From: a bacterium
GTDB taxonomy: Bacteria > ARS69
Length of the DNA: 64,000 nucleotides
Direction of reading: 5' to 3'
Assembly (NCBI GenBank): GCA_046330135.1
Contig: JAXLTI010000003.1
Location: 387,913-451,912, forward strand
Shown here: piece after piece, positions 40,472 through 49,215 of the stretch
Layout: the number at the start of each line of letters is the position of its first letter
Numbering within the stretch: the stretch's first letter is position 1
Position numbers and translations under genes: made by a program
Notes under the pieces: model-generated
What the model was told of the DNA's origin: nothing
The model's database searches: none
The model's input: only the letters and a program-made list of their open reading frames with translations

Positions 40472-42373
40472 TCAGATCGTTCCCTGCGGCGCGCCCCCCG
40501 CGACGTCCCCGCCCGGCGGAGCCTCCGCCCCGTGCTCGTGCTCGTGCATCTCGACGGGCATGGTCCCGGTGATCCACGACGGATTCCCCGGGTAGACCGA
40601 CGGGCTCAGCACCGTGGAGTACATGTGCCATACCGCGATCGCGAGCGTGGCCAGCACCGCTTCGTAGAAGTGGATGACGAGCATCACTTCGAGGAAGCCC
40701 TTCGGCACCAGGCGCACGAGCGCGTTGTCGAACCAGAGGCAGGCGCCGGTCACCAGCATCACCACCGCGCCCCAGATCAGCGCCCAGTACTCCGCCTTCT
40801 CGACGTAGCTGAAGCGCGGAAAACGCGGACGCTCCTGACTGCGGCCCAGGTTGTAGAGCATCATCTTGCCGAGATGCCCGACGTCCGCGGGCCGGGGCAG
40901 CATGTCCAGGAGGAAGCGCCGCCCTTCCTTCGTGCGCAGGAACGCGAGGTGCCACAGGCAGCTCAGGACGAAGATGACGGCGGCCACCCGGTGCGCCGTC
41001 CCGCGCACGCGCGATCCGCCGTCCCAGCCGAAGATCACGTGGAACGGCCACCGCTCGGAGTAGCGCAGCGCGAAGCCCGTGATCACGAGCAGCACGAAGG
41101 ACACGGCGAGAAGCGTGTGTTGCGCCACCGCGTTCGAGCTCATGCGGCGGACCTGCGCGCCCTCGCGCACGCGATGCGATTGCCGCAGGAAGTCGATGAG
41201 GACGTAGCTCAGCATGCCGCCGATGATCGCCACGATGAGCACGAGGTAGATGCGCGTGAAGAGACGCGCCAGATGCGTGCGCGTGCCCGGCGCCGTCTCG
41301 TGGATCTTCGTCGTGGCCAGCGCGGCGTCGATTCCCGGATGGCAACCGCCGCAGGTGTGCGGCAGATTCGCCGGGTTGATCGACGAGCGCGGGTCCGAGC
41401 TCGGGAGGATCCGGTGACCGCCGTGGCAGGACGCGCAGTTCGCCACGCGCGTGTCCCCGGCCCGGCTCTTCAACCCGTGATACGAGTCCACGAACGACGC
41501 GAGGCGTCCCGCGGGGAGGCCGTACTTCTCGTTCAGCATCGCGGACTCGTGGCAGGGCGCGCAGGTGGCCTCGGCCACTTGCGTGGGGCTCACGCGGGCG
41601 CGCGGATCGCTCGGCGGCAGGATGCCGTGCTCGCCGTGGCACGTGGTGCAGACCGGCGTGTCCGTCTCTCCCCGCACCGTGAGCTGGCCGTGGATCCCTT
41701 CGAGGTACTCCTGCTCGATCGCCTGGTGGCAGCGCCCGCACGTCTTCGGGATGTTGAAGTGGTTGATGGTGGAGCGGGAGTCCCCCGGGCCGAGGATCTG
41801 GTGCGCGGTGCCTCCCGTGGAGTGGCAGTCGTTGCACGTGGCCGCGAAGTCGACGCCGCCCTTCAGGGTGGCGCGGCCATGCACGCTGGCCTCGTACACC
41901 TCCACGGGGTGCTTGAGCTGGATGTCGTGGGCCTTCGCGAGGTTCGTGTCGCGGTGGCACTTCCCGCAGGTATCGGGGAGGTTCCGCGGGTTCACCCGTG
42001 AGCGCTCGTCCGAGGCCGGGAAGATGTCGTGCGTGCCGTGACAGCTCGCGCACTTCGGAATGTCCGGATCGACGCCCACCTCGGACCGGCCGTGCTGCAC
42101 GTAGACGGCGGTCTCGTCGCCGTGGCACGAGCCGCACGCGACCTTCGCCAGATGATCCTCGTGGGGGAGATCCGCGACGTCCGTGTGGCAGTCGACGCAC
42201 TCGAGCCCGCCGTGAACGGAAGCGGCCAGGTCCGCCGCCACGACGGCCGGGACGCCTTCGTCCGGCTTCGCGTGACACTCCAGGCATTCCGTGGAGGTCA
42301 CCGCCGCCGAAGCCGCGCCGGCCGCCAGCAGGACGGCGAAGGCACTCGCCACGAGTCCGTTCCGGCTCACCAC
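40472..42373 (-). CDS. Fusion of a periplasmic 11-haem cytochrome c and a C-terminal dihaem cytochrome b (FdnI/HydC-type); CbcL-like quinol oxidoreductase
   Basis: GTG at 42373 or 42370 follows ggagg. After a signal/anchor come 11 CxxCH motifs: CLECH, CVDCH, CGSCH, CASCH, CGKCH, CNDCH, CGRCH, CTTCH, CAPCH, CASCH, CGGCH. Five TM helices follow, carrying conserved His (AQHTLLAV, GTAHRVAAV..LWHLAF, VIHFYEAV...VWHMY). Confidence 0.85.
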   Translation of the reverse strand: MVSRNGLVASAFAVLLAAGAASAAVTSTECLECHAKPDEGVPAVVAADLAASVHGGLECVDCHTDVADLPHEDHLAKVACGSCHGDETAVYVQHGRSEVGVDPDIPKCASCHGTHDIFPASDERSRVNPRNLPDTCGKCHRDTNLAKAHDIQLKHPVEVYEASVHGRATLKGGVDFAATCNDCHSTGGTAHQILGPGDSRSTINHFNIPKTCGRCHQAIEQEYLEGIHGQLTVRGETDTPVCTTCHGEHGILPPSDPRARVSPTQVAEATCAPCHESAMLNEKYGLPAGRLASFVDSYHGLKSRAGDTRVANCASCHGGHRILPSSDPRSSINPANLPHTCGGCHPGIDAALATTKIHETAPGTRTHLARLFTRIYLVLIVAIIGGMLSYVLIDFLRQSHRVREGAQVRRMSSNAVAQHTLLAVSFVLLVITGFALRYSERWPFHVIFGWDGGSRVRGTAHRVAAVIFVLSCLWHLAFLRTKEGRRFLLDMLPRPADVGHLGKMMLYNLGRSQERPRFPRFSYVEKAEYWALIWGAVVMLVTGACLWFDNALVRLVPKGFLEVMLVIHFYEAVLATLAIAVWHMYSTVLSPSVYPGNPSWITGTMPVEMHEHEHGAEAPPGGDVAGGAPQGTI

Positions 42374-42470
42374 GACCTCCGTTTGCGCGCCCGGTCCGAT
42401 TCCCCGCGACGAATCCCGCCGTATATTACGGGACCCTGATAGGCCCAACCAGTCGTAGGAGGCCCCCCCG

Positions 42471-43907
42471 ATGTGGAAACCGAGAGAAGCGCTCGTCTGG
42501 CTGCGTGAAGTCTCGCTCGATCCCCTGGGCGGACTCGGCGTCCTGCTCGCCACGCTCGGCGGCGGGCTGTTCGTCTTCTTCGTGGCCCTGAGCCTTCTCG
42601 GTTTCTTCCCGCTGTCGCCTTATCTCGGGATCTTCATCTACCTCGGGTTGCCGATCGTCCTCGTCGTCGGGCTCGCGCTGCTGCCCGTCGCGCACTTCCG
42701 CCTGACGAAGCGCAGCACCGGAGGCCGCCTCCCCACCTTCGACTTCGAGAACCCGCGCCACCTCCGCCGTCTGGGCATCTTCGCCGCCCTCACGGTCGTG
42801 AACGTCGTCATCTTCAGCTTCGCCGGTTACGGCGCCTACCACGTCTCCGAGACGAACGAGTTTTGCGGGAAGCTCTGTCACACCGTGATGAAGCCGGAGT
42901 GGACGGCCTACCAGCTCTCGCCGCACGCGCGCGTGAAGTGCGTGGAGTGCCACATCGGCCCCGGCGCGGATTGGTTCGTGCGCTCGAAGATCTCCGGGGC
43001 GCGCCAGGTGCTGGCGGTGGCCACCGGCCGCTACCATCGCCCCGTGCAGACGCCGATCCACAACCTGCGTCCCGCCCGGGAGACGTGCGAGCAGTGCCAC
43101 TGGCCGGAGAAGTTCCACGGCGACGCCCTGCGCGTCCTGCACCACTTTCAGCCGGACAGCGCGAACACGCCGCTCACGACCGTGCTCCTCCTCAAGGTGC
43201 GGGGCGGCGAGCAGGCTGACGCCGGCGCCGGACACCGCGGCATCCACTGGCACACCAGCCGCGCCACCCGCCTTACTTACGTCGCCACCGACGAGCGCCG
43301 GGAGAAGATCCCGTACGTGCGCCTGCAGCGCGGAAACGGGGCGCCCCTCGAGTTCTTCGCCGGCGATCCGGACAGCGTCAAGGCGCAGATCCAAGGTCAC
43401 GAGCAGCGGGTGATGGACTGCATGGACTGCCACAACCGCCCCACCCACGCCTTCGAGATGCCGGAGGAGGCGGTGGATCACGCGCTCGCGGACGGCCGTC
43501 TCGACCCCTCGATCCCCTGGCTCAGGCGCGAGGCGGTCCGCGTGCTGCGCGAGGACCTCCCCGCCGGCACCGATCCCGTCACGGCGCTCCGAGCGAAGCT
43601 CGACGCGTTCTACGCTCACGACGCCTCCGTGGCCGGCCTCGTGCCGGCGGCCGCGCTGGACGGCGCCGCGAAGGAGCTGAGCGCCATCCGCGGCCGCAAC
43701 GTCTTCCCCGAGATGGCCATCACCTGGGGCACCTACCCCGTCTTCCTGGGCCACCGCAACGACCAGGGCGGCTGCTTCCGCTGCCACGACGGCGAGCACA
43801 CCACGAAGGACGGCGAGACCATCGACAACGACTGCGAGCTCTGCCACAGCCTGATCGCCCAGGACGAGCCGAAGCCGCCGATCCTCACGACGCTCTACCC
43901 GAACTAG
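42471..43907 (+). CDS. Membrane-anchored NapC/NirT-family multihaem cytochrome (3 TM; 5 CxxCH + 1 CX3CH), ImcH-like architecture
   Basis: RBS taggagg. Three N-terminal TM helices are followed by ETNEFCGKLCHTVM. This is the NapC/NirT first-haem context with a one-residue insertion. Then come CVECH, CEQCH, CMDCH, CFRCH and CELCH. Confidence 0.85.
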   Translation: MWKPREALVWLREVSLDPLGGLGVLLATLGGGLFVFFVALSLLGFFPLSPYLGIFIYLGLPIVLVVGLALLPVAHFRLTKRSTGGRLPTFDFENPRHLRRLGIFAALTVVNVVIFSFAGYGAYHVSETNEFCGKLCHTVMKPEWTAYQLSPHARVKCVECHIGPGADWFVRSKISGARQVLAVATGRYHRPVQTPIHNLRPARETCEQCHWPEKFHGDALRVLHHFQPDSANTPLTTVLLLKVRGGEQADAGAGHRGIHWHTSRATRLTYVATDERREKIPYVRLQRGNGAPLEFFAGDPDSVKAQIQGHEQRVMDCMDCHNRPTHAFEMPEEAVDHALADGRLDPSIPWLRREAVRVLREDLPAGTDPVTALRAKLDAFYAHDASVAGLVPAAALDGAAKELSAIRGRNVFPEMAITWGTYPVFLGHRNDQGGCFRCHDGEHTTKDGETIDNDCELCHSLIAQDEPKPPILTTLYPN

Positions 43908-43976
43908 CACGCGCCGCAGGCCGGCTCTTCGTCTGCACCCGGTTCGTGCGTCTCACGTCGGCCGGCCGCGGGCCGC

Positions 43977-44700
43977 GGGCTCGGAGCCGTTTCAGGGTTC
44001 GCCCGTCTCGCCTCGGGGCCGGCCTCTTCGCCCCGGACGGGTCAGCCTCCGCCGTCCCGGCTCCGGCGCCCTCCCGCTCCGGCGGCTCCGCCATCCATGG
44101 CTCCGCCGCCTGCGCGAAGCCGCGTCGAAGAGGCCGGCCCCGAGGCGAGACTGACACCCGGGTCGTGGCGGTCGAGACCTGCCGGCGCCGCGTCGCTCCG
44201 AGGCCCGTCGCGAGTCGGCCGACCACCACGGCGTCCTCGCGGGACGTCCGTGCCGTCGGTGACGCGCGGCCGGTGATCGCGGCCGAGGTCGCGCGATCAC
44301 CCGGCGCGTCGCGCAGACCGCGCGAGGCGAGGCAGGCGTCGGCGGCTCGGTGGCGTGCTTTCGCAGCGGCTTCGCGGAGTCGCCGGAGCCAGGGATGGCG
44401 GAGGCGACGGAGCGGGAGGGCGCCGAAGCCAGGATGGCGTAGGCGACCGTCCGATGCGAAAGCACGACGCCGAGCCGACGGCGCGTTCATCGCGTGCGAT
44501 CACCGCCGACGAACGCCGCGCGAGGCGAGGCACGCGTCGGCGGCTCGGTGGCGTTGCTTCCGCGGCGACTTCGCGGAGGCGGCGCAGCCAGGATGGCGGA
44601 GCCGCCGGAGCGGGAGGGCGGCCGTAGCCCGGACGGCGGAGGCCGCCCGTTCGTCGCGGAAGCAACGCCAGCGAGCCGACGACGCGCTCATCACGTGCAA
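43977..44700. repeat. Palindromic intergenic repeat copy 2 (intact, 43977-44497) plus a ~205-bp tandem duplicate (44498-44700)
   Basis: A perfect 26-bp stem joins 44005-44030 and 44126-44151. A 10-bp hairpin reads ggtgatcgcg...cgcgatcacc (about 44270-44302). The ~80-bp core module gcttcgcggag.cg.cg.agccagg.atggcggag.cg.cggagcgggagggcg occurs 3 times here and 2 more times at 4.3-6.2 kb. The element fills an 823-bp convergent intergenic gap. Confidence 0.8.
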
Positions 44701-44730
44701 CCCCCCGCCGACGCGACGAGCGCCGCGCGG

Positions 44731-45840
44731 CTAGGAGCCGAAGCCGCGCTTCGGGTCCCAGACGCGGCCGTCGTCGTGGCAGCCGGCGCAGGAGGGCGCT
44801 TTGCCGGGGCCGTGACCGTCGACGTGGCAGTCCTTGCAGTCCGCTTCGCGATGGACGTCGTCGAGGACGACGGCGGTGACGGCGTGGTCGAACTTCTTCG
44901 GGTCGAAGCCCTCCGCGTGGCACGACTCGCAGCGCGGATCCAGCTTCGCCGGCGTGGTCCACGGCGGGTGGCACGCGCGGCATCCGAGGTCCTTGTGGTA
45001 CCGCGCGAGCGGCCAACCGGTCGCCTCGTGGGAGAAGAGATCGGTTCCGGCCCGCCCGTGGCAGCTCTTGCAGTCCGCCTGGGGGTGGGACGAGGTCTTC
45101 TCGGCCCGATGGCACCGGAAGCACGCGTCGTGCAGGTTCACCTGCGCGAGGTCCCCCATCGGGTGCGGCTCACGCCCTTGGACGTGACAGCGCTTGCACC
45201 CCTGGTCCTCGTGGCAGACCACGCAGTCGTTCTCGTACCGGGCCGAGTGGTTCTTGTGGTGGAAGGTCACGCTGTCCCCGGCAGCGAACTTCGTCTTGAA
45301 GACGATGACGTCGCGCATCGTGAGCGGCGCGTGGGCCGAGTGGAAGGACTGCGTCGCCGCGGCTTCGCCCTTCTTCGCGTGACAGATCACGCACGAGGTC
45401 TCGCCCTCCCACTCGCGGTGGCAGCCGAGACACTGGCGATGGTACGCGCCCTTGAGATCCGGCTGCTCGAGGTGCTCGCGCGGGACCTCCACCGGATGAC
45501 ACTGGCGGCACGCCGGATGCTCGTTGCCCTGCGGCGTGTGGTGGTGGCAAAGGGTGCAGTTGCCCTGGAATCGCGTCATGCTGCTGTGCGCCTTGTGATC
45601 GAAGCGCACGCCCTCGTACAGCTTGGCCAAGTCGTCCAGCACGACGACGTCGGGACCGCGCGCCGTCCGCGTCGCCTGCGGGCGCGGGCAACTCCTCAGG
45701 CACGGATCCGCCTTCGTGGGCACCTTGCACGAGTGGCACGACGCGCAGTCGCTCCCGTTCTTCTCGCTCGCCCGCGACGTCGGGGGCGCGAGCAGCGCCG
45801 TCCCGGCGAAGAAGGCGACCAGGACCGCGAACCGCCTCAC
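44731..45840 (-). CDS. Periplasmic 13-haem cytochrome c
   Basis: The GTG overlaps the upstream stop (GTGA). Signal VRRFAVLVAFFAGTALLAPP. There are 13 CxxCH in 369 aa: CASCH, CTLCH, CRQCH, CLGCH, CVICH, CVVCH, CKRCH, CFRCH, CKSCH, CRACH, CESCH, CKDCH, CAGCH. Confidence 0.85.
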   Translation of the reverse strand: MRRFAVLVAFFAGTALLAPPTSRASEKNGSDCASCHSCKVPTKADPCLRSCPRPQATRTARGPDVVVLDDLAKLYEGVRFDHKAHSSMTRFQGNCTLCHHHTPQGNEHPACRQCHPVEVPREHLEQPDLKGAYHRQCLGCHREWEGETSCVICHAKKGEAAATQSFHSAHAPLTMRDVIVFKTKFAAGDSVTFHHKNHSARYENDCVVCHEDQGCKRCHVQGREPHPMGDLAQVNLHDACFRCHRAEKTSSHPQADCKSCHGRAGTDLFSHEATGWPLARYHKDLGCRACHPPWTTPAKLDPRCESCHAEGFDPKKFDHAVTAVVLDDVHREADCKDCHVDGHGPGKAPSCAGCHDDGRVWDPKRGFGS

Positions 45841-47948
45841 GACGCTTCCCCGGCGCCCGCCGCCGGGAGCACCGGCAGCCGCGTCACGAGCCAGCGATAG
45901 ACGACGGCGAGCGTCGCGAAGAGGCCCACCGTCACGCCGATCTCGCCGACGCTCGGGAAGTACGGCTTCTGCGCGTACGGCGGAGCGTAGGCCACGAGGA
46001 ACACGTCGATGCGGTTCAGCGCGACCCCGCCGATCACGAGCAGCGCGGCCGCCAGCAGCGCCTGCGGCGACCGTCGCCGGCGCGCGGAAGCGAGGATCAC
46101 GATCGGCGCGAGCAGTCCGAAGAGCATCTCCACGAGGAGAACGCGCGACGCCAGGTCGAAGCGGAAGACGGCACCCCATTGGTCCCGGATCGTCAGGTCC
46201 GCGACCTTCGAGATGAAGTACACGCCCACGAGCACCGGAACGATGCGCGCGAGCCGCTCGAGGAGATGGATCTCCGGCGGCCGCCGGAAGGCGCGCGCCG
46301 ACAGCAGGGACTCGAGGATGACGACGGGGTAGCCCACCATGATCGCCGACAGGAGGAAGAGGAGCGGGAGCACGGGCGTGTACCAGAGCGCGTTCATCTT
46401 GCTGGGAACGACGAGCATCAACGCGCCGAGCGACGACTGGTGCAGGCACGACAGCACCACGCCCGCCACGAGGAGGAACGGCATGAGAGCGCGCAGGACC
46501 CCGTCGGCGCGGGTCAGGACGGTCTCGACGGGCTTCTCGAACGGGCGCAAGGGACCCGGAAGGCGCACTCGACCGCGCAAGCGCTCGATCACGACCGGCA
46601 GGAACTCGAGGTACAGCACGGTCAGATACACCATGACGCACATGCCGACCTCGAAGAGCACGGAGTGCCCGGACCACATCCACGGCATGGCGGGGTGCCA
46701 GAGGCGGTAGGGTCGCCCGAGGTCGACGGCCAGCCCCAGGACCACGAAGGTGTAGCCGAGCAGCGCCGACAGCAGCGCCGGCCGTGCGATGGGCTCGAAG
46801 TCCTCGCGGTGGAAGATGTGCGCGAGCGCGGCGGTGGTGAACCCGCCGGCGGCCAGCGCCACTCCGCCCGCCACGTCGATGGCGATCCAGATCCCCCAGG
46901 GATAACGGTCATCCAGGTGCGTGACGCCGGCGAGACCCAGGACGAAGCGGGCGACCGTGAACACGAACGCCACGACGGCGAGCCCCAGAAGGGTCATCGC
47001 TGCCGGCGTGCGGAAGCTGCCCTGGACCGGGGCGGGCGACGGCGAAGGCGCGTGCGCTTGCGCGCCGCCGTGCTCCTCCCGGCGCCGGAACAGCCAGGAG
47101 ATCCCGTACAGGAGCCCGTAGAGCCCGAGCGGCGGCACGAAGTTCTTGAACACCGCGTGCTGGAGGCGCTCGGTGCGGCGCGGCGGCGCCACGGACGAGA
47201 GCGCCGGGAAGCCGAGCTGATCGAACGGCACGCCGGCCACGTACATCCACGACGTCCCCCCCACCTCGTGCTCGCCGTAGACGTGGTCCACGTAGCGGCC
47301 GGCGTGGGTCTCCCGCTTGCGGCTCGCCAACTCAAGGAGTTGCGAACGCTTGCCGAAAGTGAGGCACTGCGGCGGGCAGATCTCGACACAGGCGGGAACG
47401 GCCGTCGCATCCTCGAGCACTCGATTCGCGCACATGGAGCACTTCCGGACCCGCGGAGTCAGGGGACTCTGGTACTCGTATCCCGGGATCTGGAACGGGC
47501 ACGCGACCATGCAGTACCGGCAGCCGATGCAGCGGCCGGCATCGTAGGTCACCGGTCCCCTCTCGTTCCTCTCCAGCGCCGACACGATGCACGCCGACGC
47601 GCACGCGGGCTCGAGGCAGTGCATGCACTGCACCTTGACCCACGTGGGGTTAGCGGCGCCCTCGGGACGGAACTCGTTCACGACCGTGAAGGCCGACGCG
47701 TCCGGCCGACGCTTTTCGGCGTAGACCGAGCGGGTCTCGAACTCCGGCATCGGCCGGGCGGGCAGGCCCTGCGCCTGGTTGCACGCCCACTCGCACTTCC
47801 GGCAGCCGACGCAGAGCGTCAGGTCGCAGAGGACGCCGAAGCCGTCCGTGGGCGGCGCGGCTTCCTTCGCCTCCGCCGGCGTGGTGCCGGGCGCGGCGGC
47901 CAGGGCGCCGATCGCTCCGCAGGTTCGGAAGAATTCGCGTCGTTCCAT
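45837..47948 (-). CDS. Fusion of a Tat-exported 4x[4Fe-4S] ferredoxin subunit (NrfC/PsrB/HmcB-like) and a polytopic NrfD/PsrC-like quinol-interacting membrane subunit
   Basis: Twin-arginine signal MERREFFRTCGAIGALAAAPG. Cys clusters: CVGCRKCEWAC, CMHCLEPACASAC, CIGCRYCMVACP and CSMCANR...CVEICP. A TM anchor, a short cytoplasmic linker and about 8-10 TM helices follow (...YPWGIWIAIDVAGG...). Confidence 0.85.
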   Translation of the reverse strand: MERREFFRTCGAIGALAAAPGTTPAEAKEAAPPTDGFGVLCDLTLCVGCRKCEWACNQAQGLPARPMPEFETRSVYAEKRRPDASAFTVVNEFRPEGAANPTWVKVQCMHCLEPACASACIVSALERNERGPVTYDAGRCIGCRYCMVACPFQIPGYEYQSPLTPRVRKCSMCANRVLEDATAVPACVEICPPQCLTFGKRSQLLELASRKRETHAGRYVDHVYGEHEVGGTSWMYVAGVPFDQLGFPALSSVAPPRRTERLQHAVFKNFVPPLGLYGLLYGISWLFRRREEHGGAQAHAPSPSPAPVQGSFRTPAAMTLLGLAVVAFVFTVARFVLGLAGVTHLDDRYPWGIWIAIDVAGGVALAAGGFTTAALAHIFHREDFEPIARPALLSALLGYTFVVLGLAVDLGRPYRLWHPAMPWMWSGHSVLFEVGMCVMVYLTVLYLEFLPVVIERLRGRVRLPGPLRPFEKPVETVLTRADGVLRALMPFLLVAGVVLSCLHQSSLGALMLVVPSKMNALWYTPVLPLLFLLSAIMVGYPVVILESLLSARAFRRPPEIHLLERLARIVPVLVGVYFISKVADLTIRDQWGAVFRFDLASRVLLVEMLFGLLAPIVILASARRRRSPQALLAAALLVIGGVALNRIDVFLVAYAPPYAQKPYFPSVGEIGVTVGLFATLAVVYRWLVTRLPVLPAAGAGEAS

Positions 47949-48113
47949 CGCCTCGCGGCCTCGGAAGGGCTGCTGGAGCGAATCTACCCCCTATTCAGGA
48001 GTTGGCAATCCTCTTATCCCGATCCAGGCCCCCCGAAGGCATCACGTAACGCGTTGAAATCAAAGCGACTAGTAGGCTGCGAAAAAATCTGTCACGAAAC
48101 GGTCATGGCCCAC

Positions 48114-48142
48114 TTGAAAGTGATTCTCAGGTCCACTATTAT
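48114..48142 (+). promoter_or_regulatory. Near-consensus sigma-70-type promoter upstream of the NHL/cytochrome operon
   Basis: TTGAAA (48114-48119), a 17-nt spacer, then TATTAT (48137-48142). It lies in the most AT-rich stretch of the window, about 50 nt upstream of the ATG at 48195. Confidence 0.4.
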
Positions 48143-48194
48143 ATGGGGGACGCGCTGGGAAGGTGGGGCCGACCCAGACGTCCAGAGGAAGGCG

Positions 48195-49202
48195 ATGCGC
48201 AGCTGGATTCAGGCCGGAGTCGTCGCAGCTTGGGGGGTGGGAGCAGGCACTGCTCACGCTCTGTCACCCCGGATCGACCACGTCGACGCGACCATCAACG
48301 GTCCCTCGGCCTTCGACAGCTTCCGCCGTCCCGCCTCGCTGGCCGTCTCCCAGGACGGCCGGCTGTTCCTCGTGGGGGACACCGGCAACCACCGCATCGT
48401 GGTCTTCGACCAGTCCGGAAGGTGCCGCGGGGCCTTCCCGCTCTCTCCCTCGGACCCCGCCTCGGCCGGCGTCGAGCCGCAGTCCCTGGCCCTCGACTCC
48501 CGCGGCCGGATCTACGTGGTGGACGGTCTGGACCACCTCCTCACCGTGCTCAGCGCCCGCGGCGCCTTCGTCGCGTCGCAGACGGTGCCCACCGAGCTCG
48601 CGCCGCAGGGCGGCGAGTGGGTGCGCTCGGTGGCGGTGGCGCCGAGTGGACGGATCTACGTGCTCCACACCGGCCCGGCCGCCGGGCTCTTCAGCGAGCT
48701 CCCCGGCGGCCGCGCCAGCACGGCGCACGACATTCGCTCGGGTCTCAAGTCCCTCGTCGCGCCGGTGGCGGTGGCGGTGAGCGCGGACGAGACCCAGGTG
48801 GCGGTGCTCGATCCGGAAGCGCGGACTCAAGTGCAGGTCCGTGCGCTCGACGGGACGCTGCTGGCGTCCTTCGGACGGCACGGAGAGGGCGAAGGAACGA
48901 TGTCCCTGGCGGTGCACGTGACCTGGGGACCTTCCGACACGCTGTGGATCACGGACACTCTTCGTCACTTCATTCACGTCTTCGATGCGCACGGGGCTTA
49001 TCTCGGGCGCGTCGGCGGCTTCGGCTCTTCACCCGGGCAGCTTTCGTATCCGGTGGCCTGCGGGTTCCTCGAGGACGGTCGTCTCGTGGTTCTCGAACGC
49101 GCCGGACGCTGCCAGATCCTGGAGGTGACTCTCTCGGACTCTACGAATGGGACGCTCTCCGGAGCGTCTGTGCGTCGCTCGGCCCCAACGGTCCTGTCAT
49201 GA
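48195..49202 (+). CDS. Secreted NHL-repeat beta-propeller protein
   Basis: RBS gaggaagg. Signal MRSWIQAGVVAAWGVGAGTAHA. Repeated NHL-type blades: RPASLAVSQDGRLFLVGDTGNHRIVVFD, PQSLALDSRGRIYVVDGLDHLLTVL, ...LWITDTLRHFIHVFD, LSYPVACGFLEDGRLVVLERAGRCQIL. Confidence 0.8.
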   Translation: MRSWIQAGVVAAWGVGAGTAHALSPRIDHVDATINGPSAFDSFRRPASLAVSQDGRLFLVGDTGNHRIVVFDQSGRCRGAFPLSPSDPASAGVEPQSLALDSRGRIYVVDGLDHLLTVLSARGAFVASQTVPTELAPQGGEWVRSVAVAPSGRIYVLHTGPAAGLFSELPGGRASTAHDIRSGLKSLVAPVAVAVSADETQVAVLDPEARTQVQVRALDGTLLASFGRHGEGEGTMSLAVHVTWGPSDTLWITDTLRHFIHVFDAHGAYLGRVGGFGSSPGQLSYPVACGFLEDGRLVVLERAGRCQILEVTLSDSTNGTLSGASVRRSAPTVLS

Positions 49203-49215
49203 TGGAGGTGTAGCA

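Noticed and set aside
45841-46683. A 281-codon N-terminal extension of the 13-haem cytochrome (track ORF 44731-46683).
   Set aside because: It overlaps the NrfD-like domain in another frame. The GTG at 45840 gives a proper signal peptide and a GTGA coupling to the upstream gene.
48050-48067. TTGAAATCAA as an FNR/CRP-type box.
   Set aside because: The half-sites are separated by 2 nt rather than forming TTGAT-N4-ATCAA. I kept it only as an unassigned imperfect palindrome.
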